Shown in pieces: positions 12,313 through 24,863 of a stretch of 64,000 nucleotides of DNA. The stretch comes from Rhizaria sp. SCN 62-66 (lineage: Eukaryota), in contig MEDY01000080.1 in the NCBI GenBank assembly GCA_001724265.1, positions 1 to 64,000 on the forward strand. The letters are read 5' to 3'. The notes beneath the pieces are model-generated. The model saw only the letters and a program-made list of their open reading frames with translations. It ran no database searches and was not told where the DNA came from. Numbering within the stretch: the stretch's first letter is position 1; the number at the start of each line of letters is the position of its first letter. Made by a program: the position numbers and the translations under genes.

Positions 12313-13451
12313 TCAGTTGAGGTTGTCGCTGCCACCGGTGCCGCGGTACTTGCGCTCGAGCAGCTCCGTCTTCCACGCGCGGTCGGCAACGACCCACGCG
12401 ATAAGGGCCTCGAGGCGCTCGAGCCCGAGCGAGCGGCGGAAGAAGACAAGCGCCACTGTGGACAGCAGGTAGACAGACTCAATGAGGTACATGGTGACGA
12501 CGAGGTGCTTGGTGAGGTGGTAGCCGCGCGGGCAGGTGCCAACGCACTCGCCGACCTCGACCCACGTCGTGGCTAGCGCCAGGAACGCGATGGAGCCCAG
12601 GAACAGCGCGGCCTCGATCACCGAGTAGGGGTTGATGCTGAAGCGCGCCGAGAGCGAGGGCACCACAGAGTCGCGGAACCGGCGCTCATCGCGCCAGGAC
12701 TTGTAGTAGCGGACCTCGGCGGCCATCTCGCGAAGACGGTGGTACTGGAAGTAGGCGTGGATCAGCATGACGAGCAGGCGCAGGAAATTGATGATGACGA
12801 TGCTGGTCCCGAACATGGTGAAGGGCGTGGGGCACACGCTGGGGCACGCCGCGACGTTGACCATGATCGCAAAGGCAATAACGACAAGCAGCGCGAAGGT
12901 CATGAGCAGGTCACGGAAGACGTAGCGCTCGTGGTAGACCTCGATCTGGTCCACGTCGGCGGCGCTGAGCGTCTGGCGCACGAGTTCGTGGTTCCACCGC
13001 ACCTCGAGCTCCTTGCCCGTCTCGCGGTAGTGCACGAAGGTCCAGAGCAGAAGGAAGAAGAAGGCGCTGGCCGTCGACGGGATCACCACCATCGACCAGG
13101 GCCACTTGCCGATACTCGTGTGGCCATCCTCTTTCAGCTGTGCAAGCGCGGTGACAGGGAAATGGTCGGAGGTAACGAAAGGAGATGAGTGTGAGTGTAG
13201 GAAGAAGATTTCTCAGATAACCATACGATTTCAGAGACTATGAACATGTTATTCAAACAAAACCATACACAGAATATCATACCAGAAGGATATTGTCGCT
13301 AAACGGAGTGATGGGAACGTACCACAATGAAAATGATGGTGAGACCAACGGAGATAGCCCCAAAGGTGATTCCAATTAGCTCCAGGAAGCGGTTGTTGGA
13401 GCTTGCTACAAGCGGGCTGTTGTGCTTCAGCAAACTCGACGAGCTACTCAT
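12313..13451 (-). CDS. Multi-pass membrane protein of unknown function (exons 13451-13323 and 13137-12313)
   Basis: ATG at 13451, donor GTG|GTACGT at 13322, acceptor GCACAG| at 13138. The splice gives …IIFIV|LKEDGHTSIGKWPWSMVVIP…. About six hydrophobic segments; ends at TGA. Confidence 0.75.
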
Positions 13452-13800
13452 AGCGTTAAAAAAGCGAAGACAACGCTCACTTTGTTACTCCACGAAGACT
13501 GGGGGGTGAAATCGATTCCTCAATCATCGCCGAAATCGTCCTGTGGCTCCTGACGCCAGACACCCTGCTGGACCGAAAAACTGTGGCCAGTCACCACTTC
13601 AAACTCATCTTCGAGTTATTTTCAAGATATTAGTCTTTGCAAATAGTTGTATCATTTTTTCACATGTATTATTAACTCTTGAAGTATACCAATATGCACT
13701 TATTTCAAGACAAGCGTGCAATTACAAAAATAAACGTTACTTTAGCCTCCACCGCTCCGTCACTAATAACAAATCTTCTCGCTAACTCCGTTGCTCTCCT

Positions 13801-16800
13801 TTATGACGTGTTGATGTCAAGCATGCCCGACGCAAGCATGACCTCCGCCCACGACCGCACCTTGGGCAGCGGGTCCCCGTCCGCGCCTAGCACCACGCCC
13901 GGCGCCGTCCTCCTCGAGCCAGCAGTAGTGTGTGTAATGTGGGTGCCACCACCCCCGGCGGGCAAAGCGTGCCCCCGGTAGGGCGACGACATCGGCGACC
14001 CGCCCACAGCCGCCCTCACCGCCCCCGCGCCGCCCCCGGCAGCAGCGGCGGCGGCGGCGGCGGCGCGGTCGGCGACTGCTGCCGTGCGCTCGATGGCATC
14101 CACCAGCAGCAGCGCGGTCTTGACGTTCGTGACGAGTGGGACGCCGAAGTCCACCGCGGCGCGGCGGATGCGGTAGCCGTCGGTAACCTCGACGGCCTCG
14201 TCGCTGCTGGGCACGTTTACGACAAGGCCCACCGCGCCGGAGCGAATCGCCTCGATCACACTCGGCACGCGGCCACTGCCACCAGCTACAGCTGCAGTGT
14301 CACCAGCAGAATTTTCGAGCTGCTGTGCGGCGTCGCCCGCGCCCGCCTCGTCTTCGGAGGGCTTGGCAACGCGCGCAACCGCGACGCCGTGCTGGCTAAA
14401 AAACTCGGCCGTGCGCCGCGTGCCCAGAAGCTTGTAGCCCAGCCGCTGCAGCGCGCGCGCCGCGGGCAGAAAGTCGAGCTTGCTCTCCAGCGGGCCCGCG
14501 GACAGCACCAGCGCGCTGCCGCGCGGCGGGAGTCGGAAGTTGGTCGCCAACAGCGCGGTGAGATATGCCTCGGTGACGTCTGCGCCGAACGCGGCGACCT
14601 CGCCCGTGGAGCTCATCTCGACGCGCAGCACCGGGTCCGCGCCCGCGAGCCGCGCGAACGAAAACACGGGGGCCTTGACGCAAACGTGCTCGGCGTCGAG
14701 CAGGCGGATCTCGGCGGGTTTGACCGGTAGCCCGAGCATGGCGCGCGTGGCGAGCGCGATCAGGTCCACGTTGAAGGTCTTGGAGACGAAGGGGAAGGAG
14801 CGCGATGCGCGGAGATTGCACTCGATCACCAGCACGTCGTTGTCCTTGGCCATGAACTGGATGTTGAAGGGGCCCGTCACGTTCAGCCGCCGCGCAATGC
14901 GTGCCGCAATGCGCCGCACGCGCTTTAGCGTCTCGACGTAGAGCTTCTGTGCCGGGAGAACAAGTGTGGCGTCGCCCGAGTGCACGCCGGCATTCTCGAT
15001 GTGTTCCGAGATGGCGAAGTTGAGGATGCGCCCCGCGGCGGCCACGCCGTCGTACTCGATCTCCTTGGCGTTCGCGATGAACTTGCTCACGACCACCGGC
15101 AACGCCACGGCCGAGAGCCCTGCAGCCTGTTCTAGGTATCGTACGAGGTCGGACTCGCTGCGCGCGACGTTCATAGCCGCGCCTGACAGAACATACGACG
15201 GCCGCACGAGCACGGGGAAACCGACGGACTTCGCAAACGCCAGTGTGTCTTGCAGTGAAGTGAGTTGCCGCCACGCTGGCTGCTCCACGCCCAGCCCGTC
15301 GAGCAGAGTAGAGAATCGCGCGCGGTTCTCGGCCGCGTCGATGCTGTCCGCGGGCGTGCCGAGCAGGGTCACGCCGCGCGCGGCGAGCGGGCCGGCGAGG
15401 TTGTTGGGAATCTGCCCGCCGACCGAGACGACAACGCCGCGCGCGGCCTCCGCGGCGGCGACGTCGAGTACGCGCTCTAGCGACAGTTCCTCAAAGTACA
15501 GCCGGTCCGACTCGTCGTAATCCGTCGACACGGTCTCGGGGTTGTAGTTAATGACAACGGCGGGCACGCCCGCGGCCCGCAGCGCGCGCGCGCACGAGAC
15601 AGCACACCAGTCAAACTCGCAGCTGGAGCCGATGCGGTACGCGCCGCAGCCCAGCACGAGCACGCCACCGGTACCGTCCCCGTGTGTGCCTAGCCCAGTC
15701 CCCGAGTCGGTGTCGCTGTCCGAGGCGGTGGGGCCCGTTACGGCGGCGTTGAGGTGCTCACAGTCAATGGGCGCGCAGGCGGCGGCGGGGGTAACGCGGT
15801 CGCTGCGGTCACCGTGGTAGGTCAGGTAGAGGTAGTTGCTCTGCGCGGGAATCTCGGCCGCGAGCGTATCCACCTGCTTCGTCACGGGCACCACGCCCAG
15901 CGCCAGCCGCCCCGCGCGCACGTCATCCTCAGACAGCACTGTCGCCACAGTGCTGCTTTCGCCGCCGCTGCTGCCGCGGCCGCCCGTGGCGACGTCACCG
16001 GCCTCGCCCGCGTCGCTGAGGTCGCTGTTTATGATCACGGGCGCGAGAATGCGCGCGAGCTGGCGGTCCGAAAACCCGGCCTGCTTTGCGCGGCGCAGAG
16101 CATGCGCAGGCAGCGCGGCGACGGCGTGCGCGCGCGGGAGCAGCGCGAGAGCGCGCTCGATGGAGACGATGCGGCGCAGCTTCGCGAGGAACCACACGTC
16201 GATGTCGGTGATGGCGTTAATGGCCGTGACGGAGTAGCCGCGGTGCAGCGCCGCCGCGAGCGCGAACAGGCGCCGGTCCGACGGGTGGCGCAGCTCGGCG
16301 TCCAGCTCCGAGGGCGGGCACTGCAGATATGGGGCCGCGGGGCCAGTCGCGCTGAATCCGTCGACGGAGTCGTCAACCATGCGCATCGCCTGGAGGGTGA
16401 GAACGAAAGCAAACGTTGTCCGCACAAAAGTGAGAATGACAAAAGATACATGTGCCAACACATGTCATCAAGTTGACACAAACGGAATAGAGTCAATTCA
16501 AGCAAGATCATGTTTTGTTTCAAATGCGGATTTTGTACCTTTTGCATTGCTTCCTCGAATGTCCTGCCAATCGCCATCACTTCACCGACCGACTTCATTG
16601 CCGAGCCGATGAGAGAAGACACCTTGGCGAACTTGCGTGTGTCCCAGCGCGGCACCTTGACGACGACGTAGTCGAGCGCAGGCTCAAAACACGCCGACGT
16701 GACCTGCGTCATCTTGTTCTTGACCTCGGACAGAGCGCGGCCCAGCGCGAGCTTCGCGGCAACGTAAGCCAGCGGATATCCAGTCGCCTTTGACGCTAGC

Positions 16801-19098
16801 GCGGAGGAGCGCGAAAGCCGCGCGTTCACTTCGATAACGCAGTAGGCGTCTGAGCGCGGGTCCGCGGCAAACTGCACGTTGCACTCGCCGACGACGCCCA
16901 GGTGGTGCACGATGCGCAGCGCGGCGGCGCGCAGGCGGAAGTAGTCTTCGTTGGACAGCGTCTGCGAGGGCGCGACGACGATCGAGTCGCCGGTGTGGAT
17001 GCCGAGGGGATCGAAGTTCTCCATGTTGCAGACGGCGACGCAGTTGCCCTTGCAGTCGCGCACGACCTCGTACTCGACCTCCTTCCACCCGCGCAGCGAC
17101 TTGTCCACGATGACCTGGCTCGACCCCGACAGCGCGCGCTCCAGCAGCGCGCGCAGCGACGCGTCGTCCTCGGCAAAGCCCGAGCCGAGCCCACCAAGCG
17201 AGAAGGCGCTGCGCACGAGCACGGGAAAGCCCAGCGCGCGCCCCACGGCCAGTCCGCCCTCGACCGTGGTGGCCGTGCCCGCGGGCGCGGCCGACTCGCC
17301 GATCTCGGCCAACCGCTGCGCGAAGATCTCGCGGTCCTCTGTCGCGCGAATGGTATCGGTCGGCGTGCCGAGCACACGCACACCATAACGTCGCAGAACC
17401 CCCGTGTCTTCGAGTGCGAGTCCGCAGTTAAGCGCGGTCTGGCCGCCGAATTGCAGCACAATTGCGTCGGGCCGCTCGCGCGCGATGACGGCCTCGACGT
17501 AGCGCGGGGTCACGGGGTCGAAGTACACCGCGTCCGCCATGCCGTGGCTGGTCTGCACGGTCGCGATGTTGGGGTTCACCAGCACTACGTACACGCCTTC
17601 CTCCTTAAACGCCTTGATGGCCTGCGAGCCCGAGTAGTCGAACTCTCCCGCCTGGCCGATGGACAGTCCACCCGAGCCGAGCAGCAGCAGGCGCCGCACG
17701 GGCGGCGCAGGCGGCGGCAGCACCAGCGTCGCCAGCCGAGGGGCCCCTCGCTCGCGCACGCACCGGAGGAAGTCTTCGAGCAGGAACTCTGTGTCGAGAG
17801 GGCCCGCGCGCGCCTCTGGGTGGAACTGCACCGCGCTGAAGGGCCGCGCGCGGTGCGAAAAGCCCTCGCAGGAGCCGTCGTTGGCGTTGCGGAAGAGCTC
17901 GGCCCAGTCTGTAGGCGGCAGCGTGCGCGCGAGGACCTCGAAGCCGTGGTTCTGCGAGGTGATGTAGGTGAGCGAGGTGCGGAGGTCCACCACGGGCTGG
18001 TTCATCCCGCGGTTACCGAAACGCATCTTGCCCGTCTGTGCGCCCGCGGCCAGCGCGAGGACTTGGCACCCCATGCACACGCCGAAGACGGGCAGCGCGA
18101 AGTCCGGCTCGGCCATGAGCGCGCGCAGGTGACCCACGGGTACTGTCACGAGTGCGGGATCGCCGGGGCCATTGGAGAGGAAGATTCCGTCGTAGCGGCC
18201 CGAGCGCGCCGCCGCCGTGAGGTCGTGGTCCCAGGGCACGACGGTGAGCTCGGCGCCGCGCTTGAGCAGCAGCCGCGCGATCGAGTGCTTCATGCCCATG
18301 TCCACGCACAGCAGCCGCGGCGCGCCGCCCTCGTTGAGCACGCGCGCCGCGCGCGGACTGACCTCGGCGACGAGGTTGCGCGCGTTCGGGTCGCTCCAGG
18401 CCGAGGGCGGCTGCGCGGAGGCCGGGCCGCGGAGAAAGACGAGGCGGCCCGGCACCGAGCCGCGGTCGCGGAGGTGCTGCGCGAGCGCACGCGTGTCGAC
18501 GCCGTGCATCGCGGGGATCCCGTGCGCGCGCAGCCACGCAGCCAGCGAGCGCTGGCTGCGCCAGTGCGAGGGCGTGGGCGAGTAGTCGGCCACCACGAGC
18601 GCGGCGATGTGGATACGGGCGGACTCGAAGTGCTGGGACAGCCCCCACTCGTCGACGTCGTCCGCGGGCACGCCGTAGTTGCCTGCGATGATGAGAGGGC
18701 GAAACGATCGAAAGATGCGACAAACGAAGAGAACAAAATATGAATAAAGTAGCAAGTGGGTGTCATTCCAGTAAAATTTTGCGCGGTTATATGCGAAACT
18801 CGACAAAGAGATAGCAATGTGACGGACCGACGAGAGGGTACGTGAGGGCGAGGATTTGGTTCGAATACGAAGGGTCAGTGAGCGACTCGGGGTAGCCGAC
18901 CATGCCGGTGTTAAAGCAAACCTCCCCTGCGGCAGAGACGTCGGCGCCGAACGAGTACCCGCGGAACTCCGTGCCGTCTTGCAGCACGAGCGCGACGTCG
19001 GGCCCCAGAGCCAGCTCGCGAGCTAGCTCGGTGTCAGACACGCCCGCCGACGCCGCGGGGTCGGCCGCCGCGTTGTCGAACTGGGAAAGATTCTCCAT
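13801..19098 (-). CDS. Glutamine-dependent carbamoyl-phosphate synthetase with fused glutaminase (small-subunit) and synthetase (large-subunit) domains; exons 19098-18828, 18682-16539, 16389-13801
   Basis: Motifs [29 protein letters not shown], catalytic Cys in [63 protein letters not shown], and a C-terminal MGS-like domain. Introns 18827-18683 and 16538-16390 restore YPLV|GNYG and AMQK|AMRM. Ends at TAA. Confidence 0.97.
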
Positions 19099-20169
19099 GC
19101 GGCTGTAAGTAGTACGTGTGCGTGCGCACCGTGAGAGAGCAAAATATTAAGAAGGCGGCGAGTGTGGAAAGAGTTAGATGGTGTCTTCAAGTTGGGTCAG
19201 TTCTGAGTTGCGTGACGTGATCTTATGTCAAGAGCACGAATGGTTGGCTCCAGGATCCAAGAATATTAAAACAGGTTTAAGATACAACGCACTGCAAATA
19301 TTCCGACTTCAGTAAGTGCTATCAGACTAGACTCCGGGATGAGCTGGATATGCAACTGACAGACGAGTGTTCAAGTTGACTCCCGTCGATCAGTTGTGCT
19401 AGAAACCGTGTGTGGCTAGAACTCATTCGAAGCGATATCTCGCCAAAATCAAGCTTGTTCAAGACAAAACGACTATATATACAATTTTACAATAGGGTTA
19501 GTACGTACATTACCGTCAGGTTTGTGAGAGATTCCGATTGTCACGCATATCGTCGAGAATAAAAGCTCGGTTTACTCCGGCCGAACTGACAATGAGAGCA
19601 GATAGATGGGGTAAAGCATGCGCGTAGAGACCCCGCATTGTTATGAGGTGTATTTAGACTACGCTGACGTAGTGGTGTCGATGTCGTAGTACCGACATAT
19701 CAGCGTCGCCGTGGTGCTTGCGGTAGTGGGGTGGGTGAGGCGGCTTCGACAGCCAAGCAACCGTGAAGCAGTATTAGACCTGTCGGGTTGAGGCGATATC
19801 GTTCGCACCATGTACCCGCGCAAGGTTTACTTACTGCCTACTAGTTAGACTGCATTTCCGGGGATTATGCACTCCGTCAGAGTTGCTGCAGCGTCGCAGC
19901 AGAGGAATTAACGGACACGCAGTGGTGATCTTGTCATTCCATGGAGTGAACAGCTTGTTCAGTCCATATCTCGCTCTAAACACCGTCAACATGAGATTTA
20001 CCAGAGAACGAAAAAGATATGTGTTGTTAATATCAAATTCAATTAACATTCAGCAATATAACTGCAACTGTGCTCACTTAATTCGAACTATTTCACCCGC
20101 TCTCATCCTCTCGCTCTCAGATCCCCTACCTCATCGTTATCTTCCCGCAACAACAGCAGCCGCACTCCG

Positions 20170-23100
20170 ATGTACCACCACCCAACTGCGCCCCAGCGCG
20201 GCACGGTTTCTCAGTTTGCGGCGACGGCTACCGACTCCTCGGCGCACCCCGCGGCGGCGCAGCAGGACGACGCCGCGGCGGCGCTGGTCAACGCTAGCTC
20301 CGTTCCGCAGCTGCTAAAGACGCAGACCGCGCTGCTGCGCACACTGCCCGCGATGCCCTGGGCGGCCTCCCTGCCCTGGGTCCGCTCCTGGCGCTTTGCC
20401 CCCGCCACTCTCGCGCGCGTGCACCTCGCCCTGCTTGCGCCGCCCTCCGCCGCAACGACAGAGTCGGAGACGAATCTAACCCCGCTCGCGAGTGACTCTT
20501 CGCCCGTTGTTGGCCCTGCGCAGCTTCTCCCAGCCGAGTTCGCGTTCCTCTGCAACACGGCGGCCGCGTTCACCTTCGCGTTGGCTGCCGCGCTGCTGCT
20601 GCCGCTGCCGGTGCCACACGCCGCGCTGGGCCTCGTCCACCGGCTCTGGCTGCGCGCGCCGCCTAGCCAGCCCGGCGCCCCCGAGCTCATCCCCGTCTGC
20701 TGCGTCGCGCTCGCGCTCGCGGCCAAGGCCTCGGACACCGTCGTCAAGCTTGCGCGCGTTGCCACGGCCGCGGCCGCCGTGCTGGGCCCCTCTGTCGCGC
20801 CGGGCGGGGTCCTCCGCCGCGCGGCGCTGCTGCTCGCGGGCCTGCGCGCGCGCGCCGCGCTGGCCGACGCGGCCGGGGTCCCCGCCGCCGCCGCGGGCGC
20901 CGCCGTTGCCGCGCGCTTCCCGCCCGACCTGGTCCCGCTGCTGCGGCCTGCGCGCGGCGTCTCCCCGGCCTTGCGCGCGTTGCTGCACCGGCTCCTGTCG
21001 CCCCCCGCCACCGCCGCTGCGCTGGCCGCGCTGCCCGCCGCCGCGGCCCGGCTCGAGCTGCAGTTGCTTGACGCCGCGGGCGCGGAGGTCGAGCCCGCCG
21101 CGCTGGGCGCGGCGCTGCCCGCCGCCGTCGAGGCCCTGCTGGAGCGCGCCGCGCCCGCCGCCGAGCCCGCGCGCGCGGCCTGGCTGGCGCGCCTGCTGCC
21201 GCTGCTGCCACCGGTGCTGCGCGCCGCCGCCGCCAGTCCAGCGCTCGCGCTCTGCTGCGCGCCGCAGGCCGCCGCCATGGCCGTCGTTGACGCTGTGTGC
21301 GCGCTCGCGTCCACGCCGCCCGCCGCCGCCGCTGCGACTGCCGTAGTCACGGCGAAGGCGGGGCTCGCTGGCGGCGCCGAGAGCGCGCTCGAGGTGGCTC
21401 TGCTGGCGCAGCGCCGCGCCGCCGCCGCCGCCGCGGGCCTGGGCCCCGACGCCGCGCCCGTGACCACCGCGCGCGGTCCGCCCGCGCTGAGCGCGCTGCC
21501 GCCGCTGCCCGCCGGCTTCGGCTATGCTAGCGCCGCTAGCCCGGCCCCCGCGCTCGCCGCCGCGCTCGCCGCGCCCGCGCAGCCCTGGTGGGCGCTGGCG
21601 CTGCCCGCCACCGCGGCCACCACGGCCGCCGACGCCGCGCGCGCGCTGCGCGAGACGCTGGCGGGACCCGGGTCGCCGCTGCCGCCGCAGCTGCTTGCGC
21701 TCGCGGCCGCGGGCCTCGCGTCCCCGCGCTGCCGTCCGTCTCTTGCTGTTGAGGCTCACCCATCTCCGGCGATTGCTGCCGTTGCTGCGGGCCCAGCGGG
21801 CGGGCGCGGCCGGCGCGGGCTGGCCGCGGCGCGGCTTGCACTCGCTGAGGTTGTTCACGCGACTGGCGCTGCGAAAACTCTGACAGCGACTCGGGCTGCG
21901 GCTGCGCAGACGGAGTCGAAGCTGTTGTGCCGCGTTGGCGTTGAGGCTGCTGAGCTTGCCTCGCTCGCAACACGCCTCGCGTTGCTTTTCCCAGGCTCAG
22001 CCTCTGACGCCGCCACTGCCGCCAACATAAGCGGCACGGCGACTGTTGCCGCGAGCAACGCGCGCACCTTAGACGCCGCGCTGGCAGGCTCGCCCCTGCA
22101 GTCGCTGCTGCCCCTGTTCGACCGCTGCGTCGCCACCGGCGGCCACCCCAGCGCCGACGCCGACAGTGGCGACAGTGGCAGTGGCGCGGTGACTGTGGGG
22201 GCCGTCTGCGCGCGCCACTGCTGCGCCGCGCTGCTGCCCCGCTGGGCGCCCCTGCCGGCCTCACCGCCGCAACTATTACAACCGCAATAGCTGGCGCAGT
22301 CTGAGGGCAGCGAGGCTGCGACCACGCCTCGCGCGCTGCCCGTGCTGCCGCCGCCGCTGCCATGCACGGCGTCGCGGAATCTGCTGCAGTCTGGCCTGCC
22401 CGGCGCCGCAGCGATGCGTGCGCGCCTGCAGGTGCGCGTGGCCGAAGCCTACGCCGCCGCCTTCGCGCGGCTGCGGCCCGACGCCGCCACGGCGCAGACG
22501 CTGCTGGGCGCGGCGCTGACTGGCGCGTGGGAGCGGGACGCGGCGCGCGTGACGGCGGCGACCGCGGCGGCGCTGGCCGCGCTGGGGGCCACGGCGCGGG
22601 CACCGTCGGGGCTCCTCAACAACATGAGCGCGTTTGTCAGCGCGCATCTGCCGACGCAGGCGCGTGTGCACGCGCAGGCGCAATCGCACTCGTCGCACTT
22701 GTTACACGCGCCGCAGCCGCAGTCGCATTTGCGTTCAGAGCAAGACAGCGACCTCAGGCAGAGTGACCGTGACCGTGACCGTGGGCATGACCGTGAGCGC
22801 GAACGCGAGCGTGAGCGTGACCGCAGTGACCGTGACCGTGAGCACTATGCTGACCGTGAACGTGACCGTGAGCGTGACCGTGAGCAGCGGCATAGCGCCA
22901 CTGGCACCAGCGCGAATAGCCGCAGCAGCGCGACTGCACCCGCGGCTGTATCCGCTGCTGCCGCTGCTGGCGCTGCTACACATGTGCCCACTTCTACTGC
23001 TGCTGCCCCGGCCGCTGTGACTCTCGCTGCCGCTGCCCCTGCTGCTGCGCCTGCTGCTGCGCCTGCTACTGCGCCTATAGCTGCGCCTACAATGAGCGCG

Positions 23101-23199
23101 GCCGCAAGCGCGGCGCTGCGGGCACGGCAGGCGTGGCAGAAGAAGGCGCTGGAGCAGAAAGATGCCGAGGAGGCGCGGCGGCGCGCGGCCGGACAGTGA
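20170..23199 (+). CDS. Highly divergent transcriptional-type cyclin (cyclin L/K/T-like) with C-terminal Arg-Asp/Arg-Glu repeat, ~1009 aa; modelled through in-frame TAG 22288-22290
   Basis: Degenerate cyclin box HAALGLVHRLW…VCCVALALAAKASDTVVKLARV…RLELQLL. ORFs 20170..22290 and 22342..23199 are in the same frame, separated by one TAG (…PQLLQPQ*LAQSEG…). Ends at TGA. Confidence 0.55.
22763..22883 (+). repeat. CGTGAC/CGTGAG hexamer repeats encoding an RD/RE dipeptide tract
   Basis: Directly visible; translates as DRDRDRGHDRERERERERDRSDRDRE…. Confidence 0.9.
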
Positions 23200-23637
23200 C
23201 GACCCGTGAACAGGCTCGGTTGATGGCCAAGTGACTCTAGGGACTCTGTGACGCTGTGGCTACATGCTTGATGCTGCTGCTCTTCATTGTGACACTGGAT
23301 TTAACTCTTTGTTTATTCTTTAAAAAATATTATTTTTTGAATCTTATCGTATACAATAGCATAACTTAATCACGTAGTACGTACTATCCAAACGTAATAA
23401 ATCGTCTTCTACAAAACACGACACAACAACGCAGTCACGTATCACAGAGCCTACGAAGACAGAGCGAACTACCCACAACACTGCGCCACCATGGCAACGC
23501 AGTGTTTGAGCAGCATGATGCTTACGTGTAGAGCCACGCTGTTGCTTCATGCGTGGACGTATCGCGGTATACGGATCGCGGTATAGTCGAACATTGTGTT
23601 TTACAATGAACGGTTGTTTGGTACATGCGCAAGATGT

Positions 23638-24606
23638 TTAGCCGCGGATATAGCGCGGGCGGTTGGCCTTGGCCTCCTTCTTGGCCTGGCGGCGAAGCTC
23701 CTCCTCGGTCGGCGGCGCCGCCTCGGGCTCGCGCTCGCCCAGGAACATGCTGCGGAAGGTCTTCTCGCTGCACAGCAACGTACAGCAACACACAGTAGCA
23801 GAGAGAGGTCATAGGTGACAGAGATGAATGTGATTCAAGAGATATACGTTCAATTACGAGATACATAACAAGCGTACAGTGCTAGACAAACAATGACGAC
23901 CAAGACCAGTCGCAATATTGAGCATGTAACCGACATTTGAAGACATTGCAGCGATGGATAGAGATCGAGGAAGGACGTACTTGAACTTGTAGATGGCGTA
24001 GGCGGGGACGCAGAGGTAGACGAGCCAGAACCAGTCGGACAGCACGGTGGCGGCCATGACAAACCAGTTGACCCAGAGCAGCTCCTCGACCATGGCGTAG
24101 CTCGAGCGCGGGTGACCGAGTGAGAGGTAATGGAACAACAGCTTGAGACCCAGCCCGTTGACGAGGGAAAGGAACGCGAAGCCGATCCAGTTGCCCATGG
24201 TGAAGGAGGAGCTGTAGAGCCAGATGCGCACAATCACGTACACGGCCTGGGCAAAAGGGGCACATAGTGGCAGAAGACAAGGGTCGAAGTAAGGAAGTGA
24301 GAACGGTGTGGAGAGTGGGAAGGTGAATAACCGCTCTGTTCGAGGTGAGCGAGATATAATAGAGGTGGGGGGACGAACCGTGATGGCGGAGACGATCTGG
24401 AGGTAGAGCGCACGCGTGTTCTCGTAGTGCTTCATCGCCTTCTTCTCGCTGTGGCTCACCTGCGGGGCGTGGCGAGGTGCAGGGCCGGTGAAGGGGGGCG
24501 AGTGCAAGTGGGGAAGCAACAGGGAGGAAACAAAGATGAGACTGAACAGGGCGGAAAGAAAAGAGCATCGCGGAAAATAAGATGCGAAATGCAACAAACG
24601 TACCAT
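23638..24606 (-). CDS. TMEM208: TMEM208/SND2-family ER membrane protein (SRP-independent targeting); exons 24606-24604 (ATG only), 24459-24379, 24246-23981, 23767-23638
   Basis: Three GT-AG introns give M|VSHSEKKAMKHYENT…AIT|AVYVIVR…EELLWVNWFVMAATVLSDWFWLVYLCVPAYAIYKF|NEK…RRQAKKEAKANRPRYIRG*. This fits the family pattern of N-terminal KK, S-x-x-F-W-x-x-Y-L-x-x-P-x-Y and a basic tail. Ends at TAA. Confidence 0.8.
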
Positions 24607-24863
24607 TTTGGCCTCTAAAAGCGGAGTGTAGAAGTCAAAGAGAGTTTGGGAGAGGCGCATATGTCAGTTTGGTAAGTGGGGAGAGGGACGAGACGGAGAA
24701 GGGGATTGGTGGTCAAAAGATCGGGAACGAAAGAGTATACGTTGCGCCACAGAAATCGTCATTCGCCTCATAAAATATACAATATATAGAAGGCCCACCA
24801 ATGAACTTGATGTGCTTATAATCTCCCTCTTGACGGAACTTTGTTTGAGTTATTTAGAAAAAC

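Noticed and set aside
2926-22290. Pyrrolysine or selenocysteine recoding
   Set aside because: Sec uses UGA. Pyl is known only in prokaryotes, and nothing resembling pyl genes or methylamine methyltransferases is present.
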